Source: Synechococcus sp. (GTDB lineage Bacteria; Cyanobacteriota; Cyanobacteriia; Thermostichales; PCC-7336). From it: a stretch of DNA of 43,950 bases. Of this stretch, positions 31,442-42,135 are shown in pieces. The position numbers and the translations under genes were made by a program. Under the pieces are notes generated by a model, which was not told the origin of the DNA, searched no databases, and saw only the letters and a program-made list of their open reading frames with translations. Where the stretch lies: NCBI GenBank assembly GCA_051439605.1, contig JBFRWN010000012.1, positions 1 to 43,950 on the forward strand, written 5' to 3'. The stretch's first letter is position 1. Each line of letters begins with the position of its first letter.

Positions 31442-33979
31442 TTACTTCAAACTCAAACCCGCCTTGCTCTGAACGTACTCCTCCAACTCCACCTTGAACG
31501 GCTTGGCATTCCAGATGTCGCGGCAGTAATCCTGAATGGAGCGATCGCTGGAAAACTTGCCGGAGCGGGCGGTATTGAAAATGGACATGCGCGTCCAGCT
31601 GTCAGTGTCTAGATAGGCTTGACCCACCCGATCCTGACAGTCAATGTAGGACTGGTAGTCCGCCAGCACAAAGAAGGGATCGCTGTAGAGCAAGGAATCG
31701 ACGATGGGTTTAAACAGGTCGCGATCGCCGTGGGAGAACAGACCGGAGCCGATCAAGTCGATCGCCTGCCTCAGTTCGGAATTGGTGTTGTAATAGTCCA
31801 AAGGGTTGTAGCCACTGGCCTGAAGACGGGCGACTTCATCAGTGGTCAGTCCAAACAGAAAGAAATTCTCATCTCCCACTTCCTCTCGAATCTCCACATT
31901 GGCACCGTCCAGCGTGCCGATGGTTAAAGCACCGTTCATCATAAATTTCATGTTGCCGGTGCCGGAGGCTTCTTTGCCCGCAGTGGAAATCTGCTCGGAT
32001 AGATCCGCCGCTGGATAGACTGGCTGGCTATTGGTGACGTTGTAGTCCGGCACGAAGGCTACCTTGAGGCGATCTCGCACGTCAGGATCGCCGTTAACGA
32101 CATCACCCACCGAGTTGATCAACTTGATAATCAGCTTGGCCATAAGGTAACCGGGGGCCGCCTTGCCACCAAAGATGAAGGTGCGAGGAGTAATATTTAA
32201 GTTCGGATTTTGCTTGATGCGGTTGTAGAGGGTAACGATGTGCAAGACATTCAAGTGCTGGCGCTTGTATTCGTGGATGCGCTTCACCTGAATGTCAAAC
32301 ATGGTGTTGGGATCGAGCAGGATCCCCGTGCGAGCTTTGAGGCGATCGGCCAGTTTCTGTTTGGCCGCCAGCTTCACCTGACGCCATTCCTGGCGGAATC
32401 CGGCATCGTCAGCGAAGGGTTCTAATTTCTTAAGGTCCTCTAGGTGACCGATCCAGTTGTCCCCGATGCGGTTGGTAATCAGGTCCGCCAGCTTGGAATT
32501 GCTCAACACCATCCAGCGACGGGGGGTAACCCCATTGGTAACGTTGAAGAACTTACTCGGCCAGTAGTCGTAAAAGTCTGGCATTAGATCTTTCTTGACC
32601 AATTCGCTGTGCAGGGCAGCCACTCCGTTGACGGCATGGCTACCTACCGTAGCCAGATTGGCCATGCGGACGTATTTCTCGCCGCTGTCGTCAATCAGCG
32701 ACATGCGGGCCAGCTTGCCGTCATCCCCCGGATAGTGAATGCGGATGCGATCGAGAAATCGCCGGTTGATTTCGTAGACGATCTCTAAATGCCGGGGCAG
32801 GATGCGACCAAAAATGCTGAGTGGCCATTTCTCCAGCGCTTCGGGCAAGAGGGTGTGGTTGGTGTAGCCAAAGGTTTTGTAGGTGATGTCCCAAGCTTTA
32901 TCCCAGTCCATGTGGTGCTCGTCCACCAACAACCGCATTAATTCGGCGACGGCAACGGAGGGATGGGTATCGTTCAGTTGAGCGGCAAAGCTCTCGTGGA
33001 AAGTGTCTAAACTCTTCCCTTTATGCAAATGAATGCGAATCATGTCTTGCAGGGAGCAGGAGACGAAGAAGTATTGCTGCTCCAGTCGCAGTTCCTTCCC
33101 CTGAATGGGTTCGTCATTGGGATAGAGTACCTTGGTCAGGTTTTCCGACACGGTCTTCTCGTTTACCGAGCCGTAGTAGTCCCCTACGTTAAACCGCTGG
33201 AAGTCAAAGGATTCACAGGCTTCCGATTTCCATAGCCGCAACGTATTGGCGGTATTGACCTTGTAGCCCAGGATGGGGGTGTCGTAGGGAATACCTTTTA
33301 GTACATAGTCCGGCACCCATTGGACGCGATAATCGCCATGTTCGTCAGTGTAGGGTTCGGTGTGGCCGCCGAACTTGACCATGACGCTGGATTCAGGTCG
33401 GGCTAATTCCCAAGGATTGCCGTACTGCAACCACTTATCGGTGATCTCCACCTGCCAGCCATCCCGGATCTCCTGATCGAAAATGCCGTATTCGTAGCGA
33501 ATGCCGTAGCCGATCGCCGGAACTTCCAGAGAGGCGAGAGAAGCCAGGTAGCAAGCGGCTAGGCGACCGAGACCGCCATTCCCCAAGCCGGGTTCTTCCT
33601 CCTGTGCGATGAGTTCGTCCAGATCGAGGCCGGACTGTTCGACTGCTTGACTCACCCGATCGTAGATACCCAAATTGATCAGGTTATTGCCCAAATGCGG
33701 CCCCTCTAAAAATTCTGCCGATAGGTAGCACACCACTTTGACATCTGTCTTGATGTAAGTCCGGACTGTGCCAAGCCACCGTTGCAACAGGCGATCGCGC
33801 ACCGTATAGGCCAACGCCATGTAGAAATCGTTGAGGGTGGCAATCTCGGGTAACTTGCCCTGGATGTAATAGAGGTTATCCGCCATGGCGCGCCTCAGGG
33901 TTTCGACGCTTAAGCCGGTGCGATCGTCTTCAGTGGTAGGTGTATCAGCTGGACGAATTCTATTGGGCGCTTGAGTCAT
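31442..33979 (-). CDS. glgP: Glycogen/alpha-glucan phosphorylase
   Basis: LGNGGLGRLAAC, QLNDTHP, KRIHEYKRQ and EASGTGNMKF (PLP lysine). Confidence 0.98.
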   Translation of the reverse strand: MTQAPNRIRPADTPTTEDDRTGLSVETLRRAMADNLYYIQGKLPEIATLNDFYMALAYTVRDRLLQRWLGTVRTYIKTDVKVVCYLSAEFLEGPHLGNNLINLGIYDRVSQAVEQSGLDLDELIAQEEEPGLGNGGLGRLAACYLASLASLEVPAIGYGIRYEYGIFDQEIRDGWQVEITDKWLQYGNPWELARPESSVMVKFGGHTEPYTDEHGDYRVQWVPDYVLKGIPYDTPILGYKVNTANTLRLWKSEACESFDFQRFNVGDYYGSVNEKTVSENLTKVLYPNDEPIQGKELRLEQQYFFVSCSLQDMIRIHLHKGKSLDTFHESFAAQLNDTHPSVAVAELMRLLVDEHHMDWDKAWDITYKTFGYTNHTLLPEALEKWPLSIFGRILPRHLEIVYEINRRFLDRIRIHYPGDDGKLARMSLIDDSGEKYVRMANLATVGSHAVNGVAALHSELVKKDLMPDFYDYWPSKFFNVTNGVTPRRWMVLSNSKLADLITNRIGDNWIGHLEDLKKLEPFADDAGFRQEWRQVKLAAKQKLADRLKARTGILLDPNTMFDIQVKRIHEYKRQHLNVLHIVTLYNRIKQNPNLNITPRTFIFGGKAAPGYLMAKLIIKLINSVGDVVNGDPDVRDRLKVAFVPDYNVTNSQPVYPAADLSEQISTAGKEASGTGNMKFMMNGALTIGTLDGANVEIREEVGDENFFLFGLTTDEVARLQASGYNPLDYYNTNSELRQAIDLIGSGLFSHGDRDLFKPIVDSLLYSDPFFVLADYQSYIDCQDRVGQAYLDTDSWTRMSIFNTARSGKFSSDRSIQDYCRDIWNAKPFKVELEEYVQSKAGLSLK

Positions 33980-34086
33980 GGTCGGGTCCTCTTGTCAATC
34001 AGCTTGAATGTCGAAGTAGTGATGTCAGGAACGAGGTTCGGGGGGCGAGGTAAATCAGGCGTTAAACTCTTGAGGTTGAACCGGCT

Positions 34087-34785
34087 TCAATCATCCAAAA
34101 CAACTTTGTCGGTCACGGTTCCCTGCGAGTCAATGTCGTAAACGATCGGCACCCCCGTCTTTAACTCCAGTTTGGGAACCTCCTCTGGACTCAAGCGGTC
34201 CAGCTCCATGATGATGGAGCGCAAAGAATTGCCGTGGGCCGAAACCAACACGTCATCCCCTTGCTTGAGGTGGCTCATGATGCGATCGCGAAAAAACGGC
34301 ACCGCCCGCTTTAGGGTGTCCTCCAAACTCTCCCCTCCAGGGGGCCGCACCGAGAAAGACCGCCGCCATTCGTGCACCTGCTCGTCCCCAAATTTCTCAG
34401 CAGTTTCGGCTTTATCCAGTCCCTGTAAATCGCCGTAATACCGCTCGTCCAACGCTGCACTGGGATAGATTGGCAACTCTTCAGAGCAAACTCCTTCGTA
34501 GCGATCCCATCCGTGCCAGTTGGGATCGTTTTTGCCATGCTTGATCACCGGGATTTTGCCATTACAAATCTCGTCAACTTCAGTCAAACAAATCACCGCC
34601 GTTTCCATCGCCCGCATCAGCATGCTGGTAAAGCAAACATCTACTCGATAATCCCTCAGCTTGCAGGAGGCGATCGTTGCTTCCGCCCTCCCCCTTTCGC
34701 TCAGCGGTACGTCAACCCAACCCGTGAACTTATTGACTGCATTCCAAAGGCTCTGACCGTGTCGAATTAATATCAACTTTGCCAT
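34087..34785 (-). CDS. gpmA: 2,3-BPG-dependent phosphoglycerate mutase
   Basis: RHGQSLWN..NKFTGWVD, ERYYGDLQG, WRRS and AHGNSLR. Confidence 0.93.
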   Translation of the reverse strand: MAKLILIRHGQSLWNAVNKFTGWVDVPLSERGRAEATIASCKLRDYRVDVCFTSMLMRAMETAVICLTEVDEICNGKIPVIKHGKNDPNWHGWDRYEGVCSEELPIYPSAALDERYYGDLQGLDKAETAEKFGDEQVHEWRRSFSVRPPGGESLEDTLKRAVPFFRDRIMSHLKQGDDVLVSAHGNSLRSIIMELDRLSPEEVPKLELKTGVPIVYDIDSQGTVTDKVVLDD

Positions 34786-34807
34786 CAACTACTTACCCTA
34801 GATAATC

Positions 34808-34857
34808 GTCCTTTGTCCTTTGTTCGTAGTCCCACTGGCAACCCAATGACTAATGAC
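34808..34857. repeat. STRR-like heptamer repeats between pyk and gpmA
   Basis: GTCCTTT x2 plus two degenerate units, then CAATGAC TAATGAC in the opposite sense; together an imperfect hairpin. Confidence 0.55.
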
Positions 34858-36274
34858 CGATCGTATGAATCTTCAAAAAGTTAGTTCCCCGGGCGTGCCG
34901 AGTTGGAATCCCCCCCACGATCAAAATCTTGTCCCCCTTCTGCACCAAATTGCGACGAACTAAATTGTTTTCGGCTTGAGCGACAAGCTCTTCAAACGTT
35001 TCCACCTGGCGATCGATGAGCAAGGGTATGACACCCCAAATCAGATTCAAACGGTGGTAAACCTTTCGATCGGGCGTGAAGGCAATCACCGGTGCCTTGG
35101 GACGCTCTTTGGAGGCCACCAACGCGGTATACCCAGTACTGGTAAAGGCAACGATGCATTTCAAATCGAGAATGTGGTCGATATCGTTGAGGGCTTCCAC
35201 GAGAGCGTGAGTTTCATCCGTCTCGGAGGGAGGATAGTTGACGAATTCGATCTCCGGCTCGATGTCGCTGGCAATGCGGGCCATTATTTCCACCGCCTTC
35301 ACAGGAAATGCCCCCACCGCCGATTCCCCCGACAGCATGACCGCATCGGTGCCATCGGCGATCGCGTTGGCTACGTCGCTGGCTTCCGCCCGCGTGGGTC
35401 GGGGGTTGCGAATCATGCTCTCCAGCATCTGGGTGGCGGTAATAACCGGGATACCTCGGCGATTGCATTCGGCAATGATTTTCTTCTGCAACAGCGGTAC
35501 TTTTTCAGAACTGACTTCCACCCCCAAGTCTCCTCGGGCTACCATGACCGCATCGCACTCATCTAGGATTTCGTCTAGGTTGGCAATCGCCTGTGGCTTC
35601 TCGATTTTGGCTAGCACGGGAGTATCTTCAGCTCCCAGCTCGGCCAACAGATTTTTGAGGGTGCGGATATCCTCCCCCTTGCGCACGAAGCTCAAAGAGA
35701 CGTAATCGACCCCCTGAGACACGCCAAACTCCAGGTCTTGCTTGTCTTTGTCGGTCATTGACGGCAAACGCACGTTGAGTTCGGGCAGATTGACCCCTTT
35801 CCGACTTTTGAGCTGTCCCCCTTGCAGGATCTGGCAATGAACTGCTGGGGCCTCCACCTGCTTAACCTTCAGCTCTAAGAGCCCGTCATCCAAAAGCACT
35901 TGCATGCCGGGTTCCGCATCTTCGGCCAGATAGGGATAGTCGATTGCAACCGTATTGGGTTCACCTGCAAAATTGGCGATTGGCACCAGTGTCAGAATTT
36001 TGCCTTCGAGTAGTTCTAGGGAACCATCCGGCAGCGTACCGACGCGGATCTTCGGACCCTGTAGGTCTTGCAAAATTGTAATCGGGGTATCCAGTTCTTC
36101 AGAAACAGCTCGGATCGTTGCGACGGTTTTGGCATGGTCCTCGTAGCTGCCGTGGGAAAAGTTCAGCCGCGCCACGCTCATGCCCACTCTGACCATTTGC
36201 TTTAACACTTCTGGGGAACTGCTGGCGGGGCCAATCGTGGCAACAATTTTTGTATGTGGAGATGGAGAATTCAT
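34850..36274 (-). CDS. pyk: Pyruvate kinase (short form, no C-terminal PEP-utiliser domain)
   Basis: [36 protein letters not shown] and MLSGESA; ATG 36274 or GTG 36295. Confidence 0.97.
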   Translation of the reverse strand: MNSPSPHTKIVATIGPASSSPEVLKQMVRVGMSVARLNFSHGSYEDHAKTVATIRAVSEELDTPITILQDLQGPKIRVGTLPDGSLELLEGKILTLVPIANFAGEPNTVAIDYPYLAEDAEPGMQVLLDDGLLELKVKQVEAPAVHCQILQGGQLKSRKGVNLPELNVRLPSMTDKDKQDLEFGVSQGVDYVSLSFVRKGEDIRTLKNLLAELGAEDTPVLAKIEKPQAIANLDEILDECDAVMVARGDLGVEVSSEKVPLLQKKIIAECNRRGIPVITATQMLESMIRNPRPTRAEASDVANAIADGTDAVMLSGESAVGAFPVKAVEIMARIASDIEPEIEFVNYPPSETDETHALVEALNDIDHILDLKCIVAFTSTGYTALVASKERPKAPVIAFTPDRKVYHRLNLIWGVIPLLIDRQVETFEELVAQAENNLVRRNLVQKGDKILIVGGIPTRHARGTNFLKIHTIGH

Positions 36275-37263
36275 GGATAGCTCGCTCGCGAGCACTGCAG
36301 GTATGGTTCTAGAGCGGTAGCCACCTAAAATTTGGCAAATTCATCCGCAGACAGGGGAGCAATTTGAGCCTCAGGGGCGATCGCTCGATCTATATCTATA
36401 TTTAATGATCATGCTTCTTTAATTCTCATACTTCTAACCATTTGAAGCTTGTCGCAACCAAAGAGATTTAGGTCTGTATAGGAACGACTCAGATTAAAGT
36501 CAATCACATTCTAGATCCACTTTTCGAAAGCGATCGCAGCGAGCCTAAAACCATAAGATTCTTAGCAATCAAAGCAATAAAATCATGCACAATATGCAAA
36601 TAACAATTTATACTGAAAGTACAGATTATGAGTTGACACTACATTGTTGTTTATGTCGAGTTTAAGAGAAGGTAAAGATTGCTCGATTTTTTCTTGAAAC
36701 ATACCTAGGGTTCGCGGCAATAACTTTCTTGACAAAGGCTCGAGTATTCGGGTCGATCATATATAGGGTGTTATTAACATCTGCGTCTGAGTCGTACTCC
36801 CAATGTTTTTTTATTTCTTAAATTTTTCTCGTTGGGCACGATCCCTCAGAGCTCTAGCATTAAAGTTAGAGGGCTAGTTCATCATTCTTAAATTTTGTGG
36901 CTTTTGAAGTCGCAGAGAGCATCACAGCGATGTGAATGCTGGATTTACGGAAATCTGTTTACAGAAATCTGGCTGTCATAGCTGAGGTAGATCGAACGAT
37001 GTGTTATTGCCGTTATTGCTGTCTTGACGTGATTCGCGATCCTCATGATTTAGATTTATGCGTCTTTACGTAAACAAACATCAAACATGTTCCTTTCGTA
37101 AAAACACAAACAACAAGCGGCCGGATAATAAAATCCTAGAGAAATTTCCATGTGTTAATGATAGCTAGTTCCTAAAGATTAAATTAACGAACTTGATGTT
37201 TGACTATCTTGTTTTAAGGTAAAGGTTGGATCGTGAATCCAATCATATTAGTCAGGAAAAGGG

Positions 37264-37632
37264 GTGATGACTAGCCAGATGAATACACTTTCCCCCATTA
37301 GGGTTATTGCGAATTTTGCGAAAGCAGTTCCGATCGGACTGAGTTTGTCTTGCCTCTTCATGGCACCAACCTCAGCTCAATCGGTGTCCTCTTGCGAACA
37401 ATACGCAAGAGACTATGCCCGTCGAAATTCCCAGGGTCAGGCTCTGAGAAGTACAGGTCGAGGCGCTCTTGGAGGTGCAATTATCGGGGGGATCGCAGGT
37501 GACGCTGGAGTTGGGGCGGGTGTCGGGGCACTAGTAGGAGGCATCAGTGGATCGGCCCGCCAATCTTCAGATTACGATTACCTCTACAGGATTGCGTACA
37601 ACGACTGTATAAACGGTCGAGTCCGTTACTAG
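37264..37632 (+). CDS. Secreted glycine-zipper (YMGG-like) protein
   Basis: Signal peptide; GALGGAIIGGIAGDAGVGAGVGALVGG flanked by two Cys. Confidence 0.75.
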   Translation: MMTSQMNTLSPIRVIANFAKAVPIGLSLSCLFMAPTSAQSVSSCEQYARDYARRNSQGQALRSTGRGALGGAIIGGIAGDAGVGAGVGALVGGISGSARQSSDYDYLYRIAYNDCINGRVRY

Positions 37633-37684
37633 CTGAAGACGGCAAGTGAATGAGTTCGAATAGTTATTAGAGGTGTTGACTACA

Positions 37685-38017
37685 ATGAAATTCTCTGTTG
37701 GAAAATTTGCCCTGACCGTTGCTTCTGTTTCTGCATTTGTTCTTGCTGCATCCTCTATTGCGATCGCGCAAGAAGGCGAGGAAAGCAGCACCGCTGGCAC
37801 TGTAGATGTGACTGCATTAACGTGCAGAGATTTACTGTTGATGGAAGGAGACGATGAAGAGTCTGCGATCCTGTTCGTGCAAGGCTATATCAGCGGAAAA
37901 AATTCAGAGACGGTTATCGACACGGATGCAGTCAGGGTAGCTAGCGATCGCAGCCGAGAACAGTGCGTTGACGAGCCAGACTCTACAATCCTGAGCGTTT
38001 TCGAACAAAACCGCTGA
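37685..38017 (+). CDS. HdeA/HdeB-family periplasmic chaperone-like protein
   Basis: Signal peptide (AIA/Q); acidic; TCRDLL…FVQGY…QCVDEP fits the HdeA/B two-Cys pattern. Confidence 0.7.
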   Translation: MKFSVGKFALTVASVSAFVLAASSIAIAQEGEESSTAGTVDVTALTCRDLLLMEGDDEESAILFVQGYISGKNSETVIDTDAVRVASDRSREQCVDEPDSTILSVFEQNR

Positions 38018-38116
38018 TTGGGTCCTTGAATACGATTGCCTCTGTCGCGACATACCCCTGTAGTCGCGACATTATTTCCTGTATCGGTATTTCTGCACGG
38101 AAAGGAATCATTATCT

Positions 38117-38902
38117 ATGAACGGAAGATCGTGGGTTAAGGTCGCACTCGTGATGACTTTAGGCATGGGCTCAATTGCGGCGATCGCTGCGGTTGACGGG
38201 ATGAACGCTTCACAAGCCTCAACGATGCCTTTGCCTCAACCTGGGGATCCAGAAGCGGATTTTTCCGAGCGCGAAACCCAGGTGGAGCAAGCCGCCAATC
38301 AGTTCATCGACGCGTTAAATCGTGGCGAGTACAAGCAGGCGCGGAGAATGCTATCTCCCGGATTAGCCACCGAACTGTCAGAAGATGCGTTAGAGGATCG
38401 CTGGAAAGCCGCCACAGATGTCGTGGGTTCGTATATTGGCCGCGGACGCACGAGATATTCCTGGGCTGCCAGTACCGATTTTGTCGCGATGGAACTGTTG
38501 TTTGAAAATACAAACGATACAATTCTCATCATCTTCGACAGCGACCAAACTATATCTGGGGTAGATTTCCCGTCTTTACGGGAAGCCGAATCAAGGATTG
38601 TCGCAGAAAAATTTATTGATGCCCTGTCTGAAGGTCGATTCTTAGATGCCCGTATGGATTTTCATCCAGCTTTAAAAACAGAGCTTTTCCCTGATGAAAT
38701 TCAGGAGAAATGGGATACCTTGCAACTCCAGACTGGAACGTTTAGGCGAAGAGTCAGCACCAGCAAACGGAGCTCAGAAAGCTACGACATCGTTGACATC
38801 AGCCTAGAGTTTGAGAATCTCACAGAATCGATGCTCGTGTTCGTCAATCAAAACAATCAAATTTTAGGGATTGATTTTCCGATTGAGGTATCTAGCAATT
38901 AA
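38117..38902 (+). CDS. DUF3887 tandem-domain exported protein
   Basis: Two repeats of A..FIDAL..G.Y/F..AR….P.L..EL….L…W…….G….L.FEN……F…..I.G.DFP; SD AAGGA before ATG 38117. Confidence 0.8.
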   Translation: MNGRSWVKVALVMTLGMGSIAAIAAVDGMNASQASTMPLPQPGDPEADFSERETQVEQAANQFIDALNRGEYKQARRMLSPGLATELSEDALEDRWKAATDVVGSYIGRGRTRYSWAASTDFVAMELLFENTNDTILIIFDSDQTISGVDFPSLREAESRIVAEKFIDALSEGRFLDARMDFHPALKTELFPDEIQEKWDTLQLQTGTFRRRVSTSKRSSESYDIVDISLEFENLTESMLVFVNQNNQILGIDFPIEVSSN

Positions 38903-39102
38903 AGCGTTGCACCGATCGCTATCGCAGTCTTTACGGGCTGAGTTCAGGTGAATTACAAGCTCTTGATAGGGGATCCTGACATGTGGAGGATAGGCCGATT
39001 GACAACGTTGGTGCAATCTTGGGTGATAGTTGAGTCATTTCCGGCTTGCATGACCTAGCGTTCAACTGACTTCCAACTATCCACTCCTTGAGAATTGCCA
39101 AG

Positions 39103-40137
39103 ATGCTGCAAAGGGCTTTAAAGCATTTGAAGAATGCTTGTCAGTTGCCATTCGGGAATGGGACCCCCCAGGTCACGAGGGAACAGATCGAGAAACTGTC
39201 AGCAGATCTGCTCGAGGAATCGCAATTGAGCCTCAACTACATTGTGTTGTGTCTTGGCTCTGCAGGCATTGCAACCTTGGGTTTGGTGGCTAACAATGCG
39301 GCAGTGATTGTTGGGGCGATGATCGTCGCCCCTCTGATGTCTCCCATTCGAGGCTTGGCCTTCGGAATTCTGGTTAAAAATAGCAAGCTGACCAATCGGG
39401 CACTGCAGTCGATATTGCTCGGAGCCTTAGTCGGGATTGCAATGGCCTATCTGTTGGCGGCACCAATTCGGGTACCTATTTTAGGCAGCGAAATTCTAGC
39501 CAGAACCCGCCCCAATGTGATCGATCTGGCAGTAGCGATTCTTTCAGGAGCGGTAGCCGCCTATGCAAGGGTGCGCCCTAAAATTGCGGATAGCCTAGCA
39601 GGCGTGGCGATCGCCGTTGCCCTTATGCCTCCCTTGTGCGTCGCTGGCATTGGGTTGGCAGAACAGCAATGGTTTGTAAGTCGTGGTGCCCTAGGACTTT
39701 ACTTTACTAACTTTGTAGGGATTTCCCTTGCCTGCCTGATTGTGTTGCTAATCCTTGGCATTGATTCCCAACGAGGGAAACCCATGAACTCTGCCAGAGT
39801 CTGGGGAGCGTTGCTCCTATTGATGGGTGTTATCGTGGCAGGATTTTCTCCATTATTTCAGAGACGCGATCGCTTTGTCAGGCAAGAGATTCTTGAGCGA
39901 GAAGTTAAAACAGCCTTATTGCAAGAGACGCTGACCTTTCAGCGCTTGGAGTTATTGAGAAGCGATTTTAACTGGTCCTCTTCACCACCGGAAGTGACTT
40001 TATTGGTAGTTGGAGAAACTCCTCTAAACGCATATCAAGTGGGCCTAATCGAAGACTTCATTGCTGAAAGAATTGGCCAACGGTTTAAACTCGTTTTCCG
40101 TATCGTGTCTTTCGATCTAGTTGAGAGTCAGGATTGA
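39103..40137 (+). CDS. DUF389/TIGR00341 family membrane protein
   Basis: IATLGL..NNAAVIVGAMIVAPLM, EILART.P, GVAIAVALMPPL and FTNFVGI; the ORF is open from 39088. Confidence 0.9.
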   Translation: MLQRALKHLKNACQLPFGNGTPQVTREQIEKLSADLLEESQLSLNYIVLCLGSAGIATLGLVANNAAVIVGAMIVAPLMSPIRGLAFGILVKNSKLTNRALQSILLGALVGIAMAYLLAAPIRVPILGSEILARTRPNVIDLAVAILSGAVAAYARVRPKIADSLAGVAIAVALMPPLCVAGIGLAEQQWFVSRGALGLYFTNFVGISLACLIVLLILGIDSQRGKPMNSARVWGALLLLMGVIVAGFSPLFQRRDRFVRQEILEREVKTALLQETLTFQRLELLRSDFNWSSSPPEVTLLVVGETPLNAYQVGLIEDFIAERIGQRFKLVFRIVSFDLVESQD

Positions 40138-40681
40138 GAATTAAATTTTTTCATTTCAGTTTAATCAATACTTCGGATAACTTTATTCCGGAAATATTTT
40201 GAGTGTTTTTTCGCTGCAAGGTTGGCAGGCGATCTTATTCACTCTCCTCTTCCGAGCTAGGAAAGAGGGGATTGTTGGGATGAACCGAGAACGATTGGTA
40301 GGGCAAAACCCAAATATTGAGATCCACAGGGAGATTCATTTCTGCTTCTTGCGGATTTTGTGGAGTGACTTTCTGGTCTTTGCTAAAACGCCATAGGCCT
40401 TATATTTAAAAGGTTTCAAGCATTCCAATGTTGTGCAAATTTTCCCCTACAGGGACTGCGATGGTCCGTTTATTGGTGAATTTAGGGCAATAAGCAAGGA
40501 TTTTCACGTCGCTGAGATTTGCCCCATATCTGGAAATGTCTTTTATATCAAGACTTTCAAGCTCTCCACAAAATCCGAAAGAAACAGATTAGATTGGATA
40601 TTCGGAGGGGTGTTACAAAATAGAATATATTATTTAGTCAACGTGTTTTATGATTGATTAGTAAAATAATCCAGCGCACTG

Positions 40682-41689
40682 CTACTTCAATGTCGAACTC
40701 AGATAGTAATTGACTTCTTCCAAAAATCGCCAGGACAATAGTAACTGGGAAATACGCGTACCTGAGCTCAATTCAAACTTCTCTTTTGGAATAACTTTGT
40801 CGATTGAAATTCCAGTATAGTTAACTATATGTTCCTCCAGGCTTGCAACTGTTTGAGCAGACAGTACTCCATCCAGATGAATGACGATCGCTCGACGACC
40901 CCAATAATTTGAAGGTACCGCAGAGAGGAAAAAAGGAGCCTGATCTGAAGATAACATTGCCGCTAAATCAAAAGGTAGAGGTAAGGAAGGGAGTGGTATT
41001 ACTGCCGGTTCGATAATTAGCTCGATTCTGTAACAGTTTTCAGGTAATTTCCCTCGCATTTTTTGGCGAGCCCATGTTTGGATTTGACTTGGGAAAATCT
41101 TAATTATAACATTGGCATTAATCTTCTGAAAATCAATCCAGCGTTTGTAAGCAGTCATTCTCTGCATCATTTCTTGCTCAAGAGTTTCAGCTTTGTGCCC
41201 CCTACGTTTTAAGTCACGTTCCCATTTCCAAGCCCATTTCACCTCGGGATCTGGGTCTATGAAAATACGAAAGTCTAGGATTGAGGAAAGTTCTGGGTAG
41301 AGGGTGTGCAGTCCCTCAACAACTACGATCGGTGGGGGAGAAAATGTAAGAGAGTCCCCAAATTTCCCGGTACTGTGATCGTAAATAGGTAAATCGATGG
41401 TCTTGCCCTGTTTAAGTGCCAACAAATGGTCGGCAAGCAAGTCCAGGTGATTGGCATCAGGATCGAGGGGGATCCTACCGCTATGTTTTCGCTGCTCTCG
41501 ATCTTCTTTGTGGTAACCATCAGTACAGATGGTTTCAACTAAATCGCTACCTATGAGCCCTCGAATGCCATTGCAAAAGGTTGTTTTACCACTTCCACTA
41601 TCTCCTGCCACACCAATCAAGATTGGTGAATGAAGGCGTTCGAGTTGATTGCGTAATGTCTCGCAGGCTAGTTGTACAGGATGGTTCAT
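40682..41689 (-). CDS. prk: Phosphoribulokinase-like protein (atypical paralog)
   Basis: IGVAGDSGSGKTT, DGYH..DR.QRK, PIYDHSTG, EGLH.LY and WK.ERD…RGH. Confidence 0.8.
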   Translation of the reverse strand: MNHPVQLACETLRNQLERLHSPILIGVAGDSGSGKTTFCNGIRGLIGSDLVETICTDGYHKEDREQRKHSGRIPLDPDANHLDLLADHLLALKQGKTIDLPIYDHSTGKFGDSLTFSPPPIVVVEGLHTLYPELSSILDFRIFIDPDPEVKWAWKWERDLKRRGHKAETLEQEMMQRMTAYKRWIDFQKINANVIIKIFPSQIQTWARQKMRGKLPENCYRIELIIEPAVIPLPSLPLPFDLAAMLSSDQAPFFLSAVPSNYWGRRAIVIHLDGVLSAQTVASLEEHIVNYTGISIDKVIPKEKFELSSGTRISQLLLSWRFLEEVNYYLSSTLK

Positions 41690-42135
41690 TTAAAATAATA
41701 CCAAACTCAAAATACTATCTACAGAACAAATTCACCTATTTTCCCTAGGATGCACTCTATAATTTATAATTTGCGTATAAGGTCATAGAGTACTTGTGAA
41801 GATTATAAGCCTAAGAAGACTTTTCTCTAATACCTGCGAGTCTTCTTTCTAGGAGCAAAAATTTTCAGAATGTAGGATATAGGTAGGTTTTCCCCTTGTA
41901 GCTAAAACAAGCTACTCTAAAAAGAGTTTATTGATTTTGATTTGAATAGGTTACTAACTTCTTCTAGGCTTCTATTTTTCATTCTCATGCATGCCTAACG
42001 TTTGAAATAAGGGTCACGAAGATAAATGGCTCAGAGCACAGTTTTCTCTAAATATTAGCAATATCTGTCTCTGACTTTACTTATTAGCATTTATTATATT
42101 AGAGAATATTACTCTCCGTCGTGTTTTTTTCGAGG

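Noticed and set aside
40199..40657. Two short plus-strand ORFs after the DUF389 gene
   Set aside because: No clear SD or motifs; AT-rich intergenic-like sequence.
41898..41915. GTAGCT-N6-AGCTAC palindrome upstream of the prk-like gene as an NtcA site
   Set aside because: The spacing is GTA-N12-TAC, not GTA-N8-TAC.
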